From Oikopleura dioica (lineage: Eukaryota > Animalia > Chordata), in assembly GCA_907165135.1 (NCBI GenBank), contig OU015567.1:12462001-12526000 (forward strand): a DNA stretch of 64,000 nt, given 5' to 3'. Below, piece by piece: positions 23,288 to 38,100 of this stretch. Every line of letters begins with the position of its first letter. The first letter of the stretch is position 1. Under the pieces are notes generated by a model, which was given only the letters and a program-made list of their open reading frames with translations, was not told where the DNA came from and ran no database searches. The translations under genes were made by a program, and so were the position numbers.

Positions 23288-23648
23288 GAAGGATGCTCAT
23301 CTTGGACGAATTATGTGTCAATTTTTCAAAACCAAAAAGTCCCTTTTTGCAATTATTTCCGCCGTGAAGCCAGAAGTAGAGGCGAAAATAGGACTTTTTC
23401 GCTAGATTTGAAGCGTAACAAACTTCCACAGCCGCTGATTGGGTGTTGAGCCCGCGCGCCAGAAACTCTCCAGACCGAACCATGTTACGTCATTTTGCCT
23501 CATCAGCGAATGATCCCGTCGATTTTCGGAGTAACCGATTTGGACATCAACATTTCTCCCTCACATGCTCTTCTCGAAATTTTTGAACCCCCTAAAATTC
23601 TGAAAATTTCCTCGATCGTGGAAGCAAAAATTGAAAAGAGAAAAAAGT

Positions 23649-26600
23649 ATGAGTATCCGCCTTGATCAAATTACCGAAGACGATGTCGGCAATTCTCGCC
23701 AGAAGAAAAAGTCGAAGGTCACCAAGAAAGAGGTAAGCCACTCAAAACTGTTTTCTTAAATAATTTCAGTCAACTTTGTTCGCTCGTCTGTATTTTTTTT
23801 TTAGGAATCTGTCGATCTCGATGCCCTGCTCATGGCTGGAGAAACTCTCAACAAAGAAAACACTCCTCCATCTTTTCCAAAACGCTCCGTGGGCTCAGAC
23901 TGGAGCGATTCGGAGGACGAAGCTCCTCCTCCACCAAAGCGCTCCACTCGAGCCACCAAGGCTAAAGCTCAAGATCCAGTCAAAACCAAGGCTCGTGGAA
24001 AGACTGCTTCCAAAGCAGAACCCAAGCCTAAGAAGAAAAAGACAGTCAAGGAGCAAGTTTCCGAGGAAGATGAAGAACCACGGTCGCCGATGAAGAAGAG
24101 AACTAGAGCCGGTCGCGCGAAGGCTGCAGAAGCTCCAAAGAAAGAATCAAAGTCGAAGAAAGCCAAAGCCACAAAAGAGGTCAAATCGAAATACTTCAAG
24201 GCCGAAGCTGACGACAATCAGAATGACACTCCTCAGCCAGAAGAAAGCGATGAAGAAGCTCCTGCTCCTAAAAAAGCAGCGAAGGGGCGAAAGAAAGCCG
24301 CGCCGAAGAGAAAGAAGGTGAAGGAAGAAAATGAGTCGGACTGGTCGGAATCCGACAAGGAAGAAGAAAAGCCCAAACCAAAGGCTAAAGCAAAGAAAAG
24401 AGGTGCTAAGAAAGAAGCAGAGGAGAAAGAAGACGAAGCTCCCAAAGGCCCACACGTCGAAGGCACCTATCTCGACGACGGAACTCTTCAAATTGAAATA
24501 ACAGAGGCGAAGAAAAACCGCTTCAATGAAGAATACAAAGAAACTCCGGAAGAGCGACAGCAGCGCGAGTGGGCAGCCTACATGAGGTCGATTATTAATC
24601 GTGAGAAGCGAGAGCACTCTCAAGAACGACACCGAATCGATCTTTTGGTCCACTTGTGGCTCGGTCTCAGCTGGGACAAACACATTGATTGCAAATTTCT
24701 TCAGGTAACTTTATTTCCATCAATATAAATTTAACCATTTCCTTCCAGGCGAACATCCTATCCATGCTGCCCATTGACGCCAACGTCGATTCTGAAGCTG
24801 ACCTCCGCCGACTCACAGTCGCGATGAACAGCTCCTTCCATTTTCCCGCCGCTCCAGCCGATTCCGGCATCCCTAGCCCCCACGGCGGACTTCTCCTTCT
24901 CGACCGAGCTCTTCAGCGATACAATTGCGAAGACCCTTGGTGGAAGAACAAATCGATCACCTATCAGTACTTCCTCCGAACTTGCCTCTTCGTCGCTGCG
25001 GTACGATCTGTCGGTGGAATCGCTCGTCTTGTCATCGACGGACGAATTCATCACCACAAGCCGCAGTCCGAAAAACAGCTCAAGGAGGGAAAAAAGAAGA
25101 ATGAAGAAATCCGCCGAATGGTTTCCAAACACGAGTCCTCCGTCATTCTCAACAGCTGGTGCGAAGTTTTCATCGGAGAAACCTGGCTTCCGGTCATTAT
25201 CAAGGAGAACAGATTCGCAGTTGTGGAGACGAAAAACGTCGAAGGGTTCCTCTACTGGCCAGTGAAGTATTGCATGGGCTTCGACGGAGGTGTTCGGGAT
25301 GTTACTGCGCGATACGCATCAAAGTGGCTGGAAGACACCAAGAAGCTTCGCATCAAATATGTGGAGAAAAACACCAACTACTGGAAGGAAACATGTGAGA
25401 TGTTCCCCTCGCGAAATAAGCACTTGGAAACTGCAGAGACAAAAGAGATGAACAAGAATCTCAAGTCTGCGCCAATCCCGAAGACGATTTCTGCCCTCAA
25501 AGGTCATCCTCTCTACGTCTTACGTCGTCATGTCCTCAAATACGAATGCATCTATCCCGAAGACACAACACCTGTCGGACAGATCGAATTGAAATCAAAG
25601 GGAGAAATCACATACGAAGACATCTTCCCTCGAAAAGCCGTCAAAAAGCTTCACACCAGAGGAACATGGCTCCAAAATGCTCGAGTCGTACGCGACGGAG
25701 AAGTTCCAATGAAAATGGTTGCCAGCTGGATGCAAAATAAAAAGGCTGGCAACGACGCTGGTGCTAAGAACTCTCCTCTTTTCGGCGAGTGGCAGACTGA
25801 TTGGTACAAAGCTCCTATTGCGAAAGATGGTCTTGTCCCCAGAAACGATTTCGGAAATGTTGATTTGTATCAGATGTGCATGCTTCCAATTGGAACGGTT
25901 TTTCTCGAGGATTTGGACGACTTCGGAGTGTGCTCTCGAGTCTGCAGAAAGCTTGGAATCGACGCGGCAAAGGCCGTTGTCGGATTCGATGGGAAGAAGG
26001 GATACCCTAAGATCGGCGGCTACGTCATTTGCAAGGAGTACGAGCAGACAGTGCGAGATGCATATGTTGAAGCTGCCGGTATTTCGGAAGAACGCGCTCG
26101 ACAGAAATCTCGCAGTCGGGCGAAGAAGAACTGGCGAAAGCTACTCGCTCTCTATTTCGCGAAAAAGAAGGTTGAACGACTCTTTGCTGGACGAGAAGTT
26201 GATCCTCAACTTGAACGCGTTATTATGAAGGGCCAGCGTCGAAAGATGGATCTCGAGGTAATTGAATACGCTGATCGTAGAAAGCTAACTTCGTTTTAGG
26301 ACGAATCATCCGATGAAGAGATTGAAAAACTGGAGAAAAAGGCCTCCGCAACGACCAAAAAACGCGCTCCAGCGAAATCAAGCGGGCGCGGACGAAACAA
26401 GGACGATGACGATACAATTGAATCGATCGAGTCTGAAAACGAAGAGCCCGAAGCCTCGTCTGACAGCTCCGGTGAATCAGATGACGACTCTCCGCCAGCA
26501 AAGTTGACGAAGAAGTTGAAGCAGCAAGTCGCAAAGACAGTTATTCCACGAGAGAGAAGCTCTCGCCGCGCTAAAGCTGCCCCAGCCAAACCGGTATTTT

Positions 26601-26711
26601 GATGACCTTCTGGTTTTGTTCCTAATTATTCATATTTAGGTCAAGTACGAATTCAGCGGTAGCGAATCTTCTGAGTTCTCGGCTGAGTCGAATGATGAAG
26701 ACTGGGATTAA
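23649..26711 (+). CDS. XPC: DNA damage recognition protein XPC/Rad4
   Basis: Long Lys/Glu-rich N-terminus, then KGHPLYVLRRHVLKYECIYP, VPRNDFGNVDLY..MLPIG, LGIDAAKAVVGFD..YPKIGGYVIC, RAKKNWRKL (BHD1-3 region). Confidence 0.92.
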
Positions 26712-26889
26712 TCCCTGTATTTTTGTACATGCTTGTACAAATCTAGCTTGCCATTCCCCCATTATCACCCTGACATCCACAATAGTTCAGTTAAAGTTCT
26801 ATCTGCTGCATATTTTCGAAAATAGAGTCAGTTAAAATTATCTAATGATGTTTTTATTTGCAAAAGGAAGAAAGTCAGGCTAACATCAT

Positions 26890-28237
26890 CTAATTAGGCG
26901 AGGAGAATCGTCCAGCAAAAACGGTCTCTCCTTCGTATCGGATGAAAAATAGGAATGGTTTGTTGGCTTCGATTAGGATTGGCATCATCGGCATCATTCT
27001 CATCATGCCGATCATCCCAGTGGCAGCAGCAGCTTCTGTTCCTTGCTCGTCGACGATGATTTTAACTTTGTGAACGGCGGCGCCAATGTGAAGTCCCGCG
27101 TGCGTCATTTCAGAAAGTGGGTTCACCTCGGGGTTGAAGATTCGCTATAGAGAATTTACGACCTCAAAGAAATAATTGCCCTCTTACCGTGAGTCCGCAT
27201 TTCTCAAGAGTGTCCTTCAAGTTCATGCCAACTTCAAGCTCGAACTTTGGCATTTTCACCAGAACTTCATCTCCGCCAGATCTGTCGAGATTTCTGACAA
27301 GATCATCGACGACTTCGGGAGTGATCTTTGCTTCGATTCCGTCGAGTCCACCAATGTATTGTGGGACGACAAGAAGCATTGAAGCTCCATTTGAATATGG
27401 AAGCTCAACGACTTGTGCTTCCAGCTCTCCCGAGTAGTTAAACGCAAATCTGTGCTGGAAACAAATTAAGAAAAAGAACGACGGGCATTTTTACCTTTTT
27501 CTGCATCAGCTGAGTCTTAACTGTTTCGCTCTCAGAGAGATGGAAGTTATCTTCAAAAGGAGCATCGAAGGGATACTCCCAAGATCCCTTGAAGTGAAGA
27601 GCGGAGCAAAGTGCAATCATGGTGTTTGCATCGACGTCAGAAGCAGAAAGCAAATCTTTGATCATTTCCTTTGTCTCCCCAGCGACCCATTTGTTAATTC
27701 TATAATCATTATCGTTATTTACCCGCTGAGAGATTCAAATATTTGAGCATAAATCTGCATAAATCACATATTCTGACGGTGATTTTTAGCTATACTCTGA
27801 CCGACTTACGTTCCAACTGACGCTTCTGGGTCGGCGAAATCGACTTTTTCAGCTCCGGCACCGTATTTTTCGAGGCATGCCTCTTGGAATGGCGTTTTGA
27901 CTTCAAATCCTCGCTGGATAAAGAGTTTAGCAGCGATGTTAGCCACTTCTGAATTCGGTACATAATTAAAAAAGTTACATTCAGTCAACTATTTCTAACT
28001 GATGCGGTATTGATTCGACGCTGTACCTTTAGATTTCATCGAGTCAAGAGCCTTCTGTAGGACTGAATGCGTCTGAGCATGATCGCCTCGACCGAGAACA
28101 GTTGCCAACTCGTCTCTGGTCTCGTCCGTAGTGCCAAGCATCACCATTCCGAGTGCATGTGAAATATTAACGGGTGAAAAACATTGATTTCCCTTCAAAT
28201 GCTTGAGCATTTGGAACACGAATTTGAAATCGGACAT
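26890..28237 (-). CDS. Serpin, intracellular type (no signal peptide), inhibitory-type hinge
   Basis: FSPVNISHALGMVMLG, NTMIALCSALHFKGSWEYPF, VKMPKFELE, HKVKIIVDEQGTEAAAATG, ANKPFLFFIR..VFAGRF. Confidence 0.93.
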
Positions 28238-28632
28238 CTTGTAGCTTCCTTTCTCCTTGATCTTTTAATCTTTGATTTTGAAAGAAAGAAGATTGCCTTT
28301 AATAGTTGTTAGGTTAATTTTTAACTCGACGCTCCATTACGTACTCTGTAAATACGGGTCTCTTCGCAAAACAGTGACAGAATTCGTTATGTTTAGTTTG
28401 TGACAATCTAAAGGGAAAGCGCACTCAGGGCAGTCAGGCTTGAAGATTGAGTCATCAGATGATTGTGCGGAGTTGTGGTACTTCTAGAGCCTTAGGGCTT
28501 GTTTATAAGACCTGGTTTCGAAGACTTTATGAAAATAGAGTGACGGTTCTTTTGATCTCGATTTTTAATTTGAAAGTCGTTGGCAGTTAAATTTTCAGCA
28601 GTTTAGAGGAAATTATTAATTAAAGTGATATT

Positions 28633-30464
28633 CTATAGATGAGTAGAAGCAGAGTTTGAATTGAGGGCATTGACGGTAGAAAGTCTAAAGTAGGTTGGCT
28701 TTCGCCTCGTCGTCGAAGCACGTGATAGGCGAGAAACATCTGAACTTCTCGACAGTGTTCTTTTTGAAGACTCAACAAAAGGCAATGTGATTACCTTGCT
28801 ATATCACGTGATTTTTGATCTCATGAAGATCGAGTTAGAAGCTCAAAACCTGATTATTGTAATTTTGTATAGGAAGAATCTGAATTGCTGAATCTGTCCT
28901 AGAGCGGAATGTTTCCGATGTGATTGTAGCATCTGAGTTTGCCATGGAAGTTCTTCGCGTTGATGATTTGCTCGAGATTGCGGCAGTGGAATGTTCAATC
29001 ATTGTTTGCGATCGAGTAAGACTGTTCTTCAGCTCGTTTTGAAGCACTGTTCGCTCGTTGTACAGCGTCTCCGCGGTTTTTAGCACACCTGAGAGACGCT
29101 TCATCAGTTCCTTGTTCTTCTGCTCTGAATTAGACATTATCAACCTTGTCCTACAGACATGACCCTGAAGGGGACATTTTTTCATTGACAACGGTGTATT
29201 TTAGTAACATTTGAATAATTAATGTCAACGCTCTCCAATAATGTCGGTTCTATTACGCGTCCACATTCAAAATGAGTGTTTTTGAGGGGATAATTCTGGA
29301 CATTACATTCCCTGCCGGCCAGATGTTTAAATTATCTTGTCATTTAGTATTGATGAGAACATATTGGATCGCACTTAGATTTTACGGTCAAATAGCAAGA
29401 TATATGATATATACTGTATATCTATCCTGTACCGTATATATTACGAGGTTAAATATATGAAAGGTTATACGGGATATTTATTAACGTATATCCAGCTATT
29501 AAATAATTCTTAAATGATGTAAATATCCATATTCTATAGATTTTCTATTGATTACAGATCAGTCCGGTCTTAATTGATTCAATACAAGATCCTTCAATCT
29601 TGTTGGCCTCTGGGGTCATTTAAGGGGGTAGAACTAGGATTTTCGAAAATAGCCAATTCTAGACCGGCGCTCAAAGCCAGGCAAGCTAAGATATTCAAAT
29701 TATCTCTTCAGCTGAAGATAGAGCAAACTTAGATCTAACAACATTTTTCTTAAAAAATTTTTCGTCAACAAATTTTGGCGGTAGAGAGCGAAACACCAAA
29801 CTATCTCATCGAAAATCGCCATTTTAGCCTATTTGCGTCCTCAAATTTCTCGAGTCACGTGATTAGCCGATTTTTAAAATTTCATTTTTTGATAGTTGAA
29901 TGCTTTTTCTAGCAACATCTCAAAGGAAATTTCGTTAACCTTTGTAAAAATAGGTTTTTCTTATTTAAAGGGGCTCTCAAAAATCACTTATTTTCGGAAA
30001 ACCTAGTTCTACCCCCTTAATCCACTGTCATTCCCTTCTGATGAGCCCGGGTAATTCAATTAACTGTACCACAATTTTATACTGTACCTAGCTCTTCTGC
30101 GCGTTTTCTTTCTTGTGTGTAGCTTTCTCTTGCCTGACAGTAATCTTGCCTAAAAAGCAGTTCAGTAAAACCCGGATTGTTCTGTTATTGACAATGTAAT
30201 AGTAAAAACTTATTATCAATAAGAAATTACCTATTTTTCTCACAAATCATTGCTACTCGGTGGATCTTCTTTTCGATGAGCTCATATTTTCTAAATCTAA
30301 GCTGTCAAATTTGTGCCCAAGAATCACTTCGCATACCTTATATTTTCCTCTTCTTTCAGCTGTTTCGTTATTTTCTCCAGTTGGAGTTCATGTTCATCTC
30401 TTATTTCGTCAATGGTGAGTTCTAGCTCCTCAATCCTGCTGAGCAATTCTTCTTCTGAAAACAT
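28633..30464 (-). CDS. Hypothetical coiled-coil protein; one intron carries a MITE
   Basis: Exons MFSEEELLSRIEELELTIDEIRDEHELQLEK.., KYELIEKKIHR.., QDYCQARESYTQERKRAEEL, EQKNKELMKRLSGVLK.. show heptad periodicity; 3' end approximate. Confidence 0.5.
29624..30016. mobile_element. 393-bp MITE with ~30-bp TIRs, flanked by TTAA on both sides
   Basis: Left TTAA-GGGGGTAGAACTAGGATTTTCGAAAATA; right end reverse-complements to TTAA-GGGGGTAGAACTAGGTTTTCCGAAAATA; no ORF. Confidence 0.88.
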
Positions 30465-30910
30465 GGTCTTCTTTTCATCAATTCTCTTCGTTGATTTCAA
30501 TGATTTCTGAGCTCTACTGAAAATTCTAGCAGAAATATGAGTACGTCGTTGTGCTGGTATGGTATGGTTGGCCTTTCTCTGGTCTGAGAAATAGGGATTG
30601 ATTTTTTCATTCTCCGGCCCCCGCTCAAAGCGAGTGGCAGCGCGCCACATTGCCAATTTGACTCTCCTGGCTTATTAAATATAGATATGCCGAACATGTC
30701 TCTCGATTATTTTGCGGTTTTATTTTTCCACCTTTTTTGATCTATCTTTTCACTCTTTAATTTCGATAAAGAAATAACCCCTTTCGAACGGACAGCGTAC
30801 ACAGGCAAATGAATAAATAAAGGGATATGGCAGTGGGGGATTAGAAGCAATTACAATAAATGAAAAATGAAGAAACTAAAAATTGAAGAATTCGATAGTT
30901 TTGAAGTAGA

Positions 30911-33381
<2,471 letters not shown>

Positions 33382-33975
33382 CAATCTTCAATGTTGATCC
33401 GTCTCTTCTATATTTTCTCTTGAATCTTCTTGGCGATTGAAATCGTTGTCCGTTGTCGCACAGTGCTGTGAGGGTCCCTCGAGAGTTTCAAATTAAAATC
33501 CCAAATCTTGGCACTACTGGTGTCCATCTGAACCTAGCATTCAGCAGCTTGCAAATTTATGCTATAAATTGTTATAAGACTCGAATCAATTCCGAAATTG
33601 ACATCTATGAGAATCAAAACCAATTTTTAATTGGACTGGAGGGAACAATAACCGTATTGATCTCGATCTGATGATTACAGGATAATCTTGCTTTCGAAAG
33701 ATCTTACTGTTGACTAGACAAAATTATGATTTAATAATTTGCTGTCTACGCAGATAATATATGTTAATTCTGAATTTCAGAGCAATATTATGGTGCTTTA
33801 TAAAACTTGCGCTTATTGTGTGAGCATAATTTTTATTAGCTAAACTCGTAATCATGACGTTTCCGCGACAATTAAACTACTCAAGTCGTAATCTTCCAAA
33901 GCATCTCAGATTTCAGATATACTTCCTTTGAATCTAAATTGCATCTTTTTACTTACAGAGGTTTTAAAAGAAGAA

Positions 33976-34974
33976 ATGAGCTGGAGAATGATTCTACTGT
34001 CTTCGCTTCTCTTGTCAGAGATTACCGCTGATTACTTAGGCTGCACGTCGTCACAGTTCAGGTTCGAAGCTCAGCGGCGGATTTTGCAATCCAGCCAAAT
34101 GAAAAAAGAAAAGACGGGGCTAATATTGGTTGTGTTTGAGGCTTTATTAAAATAAATTTTAAAGCTGTCAAGATGATAACACTGCTGAAAGCCGAACGTG
34201 CGTTGATATGCGATCGGTGTGCGATTGTAAGAAGGAACGTGTTAATTAATTTTACAAGAAAAGGGAGTTCGGACAGCCTCTGACGCATTCCCTTTTAATA
34301 AGCTGAAAATTATTTAAAAACGCGTTTAAAAGGATTGCCCTAATAACAAAGATGAAATAAATTGCCCAGCGGAAGTTTATGATCTACTTGAGGAGCCCTG
34401 CATTGCTAGCACTATCGATGAATGTGCGAATTTTAAGGAGTCAACGGATTGCCAGTGCAAAGGTAGTTTTTCGCTGCTGAATAATTCAAGCGAAGGAAAT
34501 CCTTAATCATTTGATTCTATTACAACTAGGCGTCGACGACCCGGACCTCGTGTGCGAGGATACTTCAAATTGTACATCGAAGAAAAAGTGCTGTCCTGAT
34601 CCTTCCTTTTTCTACTGGTACAGTAATAATCGTTTTTTTCTCAGCTTTATGCGTCCATAGTCATTCGAAATCGGTGACAGAGTACTCTCAAGCGAGGTGT
34701 TTGCCGAAGGAAATTGCTTGCGACAGCGATTTATTGCGATTGATGACGGACTGCCGAAATTCGCCCTCAGAGTTCTATAATGTCAGTGACTCCTGATCAA
34801 TCTCTTTTCAAATATTTATAGAGTACCTACTGCAAAGAAGAGCCCGAAGAGGTTTTTTGCGCTGTCGATGAAGTTTGCTCGGTGCAAGATATGATCGACA
34901 AGGATAAAAACTCTGCATTATTACCATCGGCTATTTCATCTCTCAGTTTACTGATCACTGCTTTATACTTGTAA
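33976..34974 (+). CDS. Small secreted, probably GPI-anchored, LDL-receptor class A domain protein
   Basis: Signal peptide MSWRMILLSSLLLSEITA; CTSSQF..CVDMRSVCDCKK|DCPNNKDEINC is LDLa-like; a second degenerate module; hydrophobic C-terminus SALLPSAISSLSLLITALYL*. Confidence 0.72.
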
Positions 34975-35186
34975 ATAAATAACTTTTATGTAAGATTGGG
35001 GGCAAGTTTTTATTCACAGCTCGCGACTGAACTTTACAAAATATAAAAATTCTTGTCAAATGTGGTTCAGTGACGCGTTTCATTCTTCTTTTCGTAACTA
35101 AGTTTCTTAGGCTTGGAAAACTTCGTTTCCGGTTGTAGGATCTTCGAGGCCAGTATGATCAGTAGTTGCCTAAGTTTTAAATGAAA

Positions 35187-38100
35187 TTATCTGCATGAAT
35201 TTTTCATTCTTACCCTCCACCAGTCCAACTGGCCAGCCCATGTTGACTCAACAATACTGAATGTATTTTGCTGATCATCATACATTTGAAGTTTGCCATT
35301 TACATCAGTAAAAACGCTTGCAGCAGGTTTCGATGCGCTCTCATATGAAGCAAAGCAGTTGGTACAAACTGAGGACATGTCGGATCTCAAGCTTCGGCCG
35401 AATGCGGCTCCTGCTCGAAGTTGAGAAGCTGTTACCCAGTTGGCTTTGCATTTGTCAAATCGGGAGATTTCTAAATATTGATTAATATAAATATCTCGAA
35501 TTTCATTCCTTACTTTGTGGGATATTGGAAATCTGGAAGTTCTGCTCCTTCTCAGCGGTACAAGCTCGATGTTGTTTGCAGCCAGCGTTGACGACCTCTC
35601 TGCCGCTTTTTTCGGGTCAAGTATGAATTTATCTTAGAAAACAAAACATTTTTTACAAGAAAAATAGCTTTTCAACCGTTCCTTGAAGTGAACTCGTATT
35701 TAACGTAGCAATCCCAATAGTCACCCTTAGGACACAGTTGAACCTGGGTACATGCTGCAAGACTATCGGTATTGTGGCAAAGTGGGCACCATCTTGCGCT
35801 TCCAAGAGTGGTTCCTGCGAGAGCAATGAATGGCAAACCAGCGTTTTTGATTTCTTCGTCTTCTGAAGCACCTGGTCGATTACCGACGGACTTAAAGGAA
35901 TTAAAGATTCAATAGCAAGATTATATCTTACCTGTGAGCTTTCTCGTAAGTCATCATCAACCTGGTCAGATGCAACAGCAGAAGCACCTCCGATGATGTT
36001 TGGTCGATTATTGCTTGGTGCTGGGGCTGATCCAAAGATTGAGGTGAGGTCGAGAGTGCCGAGAGAGCCGAGGGCAGATTGAATACTGTCCAAGTTAGAG
36101 AAGTCGACGACTTCTTCTGCTGTTGTTGTGGTTGTGGTCGTGGTTGTGGTAGTCGTAGTAGTTGTTGTAGTTGTTGTGGTTGTTGTCGTGGTGGTAGTTG
36201 GTGGGACAAGTGTAATAACTTGATCTCGGAGGTTAGTCTTGACATTCATCGTATTGTAGTCGACGTTAGCGGTAGACAAGAGGCCTTCGAAAAGTGGGCC
36301 AACAATTTCATCGCCGGATGGCTCTGGAACGTCACCGGTCAATAAATGGATGAGAGTAATCTTAACTCGGTGAGTAGGATCGACGTCTCGTCTTCGTCGT
36401 CGTAGCGGTTCAACAGCGACTTGCATTCCCTTGATATCAAGTGGTCCAGATTGCATTCGCTGCTGAACTTCTTGCTTGAAAGCGTCCTCGGATGATTTGA
36501 GCTCGGCAAGGAATTCAATGTCGTTTCGCATGAATCTGTTTCTGATAGGCTCTGGCGTTGTAGTTGTAGTTGTGGTGGTTGAGGTCGTTGTTGAGGTAGT
36601 AGTGGAGGTTGTTGTGACAATGACGGGTGCCTCAGTAACGACTGGAGCATTTCCACCGAAAAGTGCATTCAAGTCAAATTGTCCAAGGTTATTGAAAACC
36701 GAGTTGAGATCGGAAAGATTATTGAGGTCAAGGATCTGGGCTTCTGTTGTTGATGTGGTTGTAGTCGTAGTTGTAGTTGTCGTTGTCGTAGTAGTTGTCG
36801 TTGTCGTAGTAGTAGTTGTCGTTGTTGTTGTAGTTGTGGTGGTGGTTGTAGTGGTGGTTGTCGTTGTCGTTGTCGTTGTGGTGGTGGTGGTGGTGGTTGT
36901 CGTTGTCGTTGTCGTTGTGGTGGTGGTGGTGGTGGTGGTCGTGGTGGTGGTGGTGGTGGTTGTTGTGGTGGTTGTGGTGGTGGTAGTGGTTGTGGTGGTG
37001 GTTGTGGTGGTGGTTGTGGTGGTGGTTGTGGTGGTGGTTGTGGTGGTGGTTGTAGTAGTGGTTGTTGTAGTCGTGGTGGTGGTTGTAGTTGTAGTAGTGG
37101 ATGTTGTGGTCGTTTCTTCAGGTTCAGCCGGGGCAATGTTTATTTCTTGCTGTTGCTGAGGAGCTGGCGCGCCAAACATACTGAAGATGTCAGCTGGTCC
37201 ATTATCACTGTTTCCGAAAAGACTGGCAAACATTGTGTTGAAATCGAAATCAGCTCCGGCAGCTGGTGCTGCAGGTGGTGGTGGAGGAGGTTGAGCTGTG
37301 GTCGTAGTAGTTGTGGTAGTTGTGGTAGTTGTGGTAGTAGTGGTTGTCGTCGTTGTAGTTGTAGTTGTAGTTGTTGTTGTAGTAGTAGTTGTTGTGGTCG
37401 TGGTAGTTGTAGTCGTTGCCGTAGTTGTGGTTGTAGTTGTTGTTGTCGTCGTTGTAGTTGTCGTTGTAGTCGTAGTTGTAGTTGTAGTCGTCGTTGTGGT
37501 AGTAGTTGTTGTAGTAGTTGTGGTGGTAGTTGTTGTCGTCGTGGTAGTTGTAGTCGTAGTCGTTGTGGTTGTAGTTGTTGTTGTTGTCGTTGTAGTTGTA
37601 GTCGTCGTTGTGGTAGTAGTTGTAGTAGTAGTTGTGGTAGTAGTTGTTGTCGTCGTGGTAGTTGTAGTCGTAGTCGTTGTTGTAGTTGTGGTTGTAGTTG
37701 TTGTTGTCGTCGTGGTAGTTGTCGTTGTAGTCGTTGTTGTAGTTGTGGTTGTAGTTGTTGTTGTCGTCGTGGTAGTTGTGGTTGTAGTCGTTGTTGTAGT
37801 TGTAGTCGTTGTTGTAGTTGTAGTCGTCGTTGTGGTAGTAGTTGTGGTAGTAGTAGTTGTCGTCGTTGTCGTTGTTGTGGTAGTGGTAGTTGTGGTTGTA
37901 GTTGTTGTCGTCGTAGTAGTTGTTGTAGTTGTAGTTGTAGTTGTGGTAGTAGTTGTTGTCGTCGTTGTAGTCGTAGTTGTGGTTGTAGTTGTTGTTGTAG
38001 TAGTAGTCGTACTGGTTGTTGTAGTGCTTGTTGTTGTTGGAGCCTCTGTTGTTTCTTTTTTGTTTTTATTTTTCTTATTCTTCTTTCCCTTCTTATTGGG

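Noticed and set aside
22600-23600. Spliced-leader RNA gene next to 5S
   Set aside because: No match to the O. dioica SL exon as I recall it on either strand; a covariance-model search is needed to be sure.
29370-29540. AT-rich TATA-like low-complexity stretch
   Set aside because: No defined repeat unit or termini; ordinary intronic sequence.
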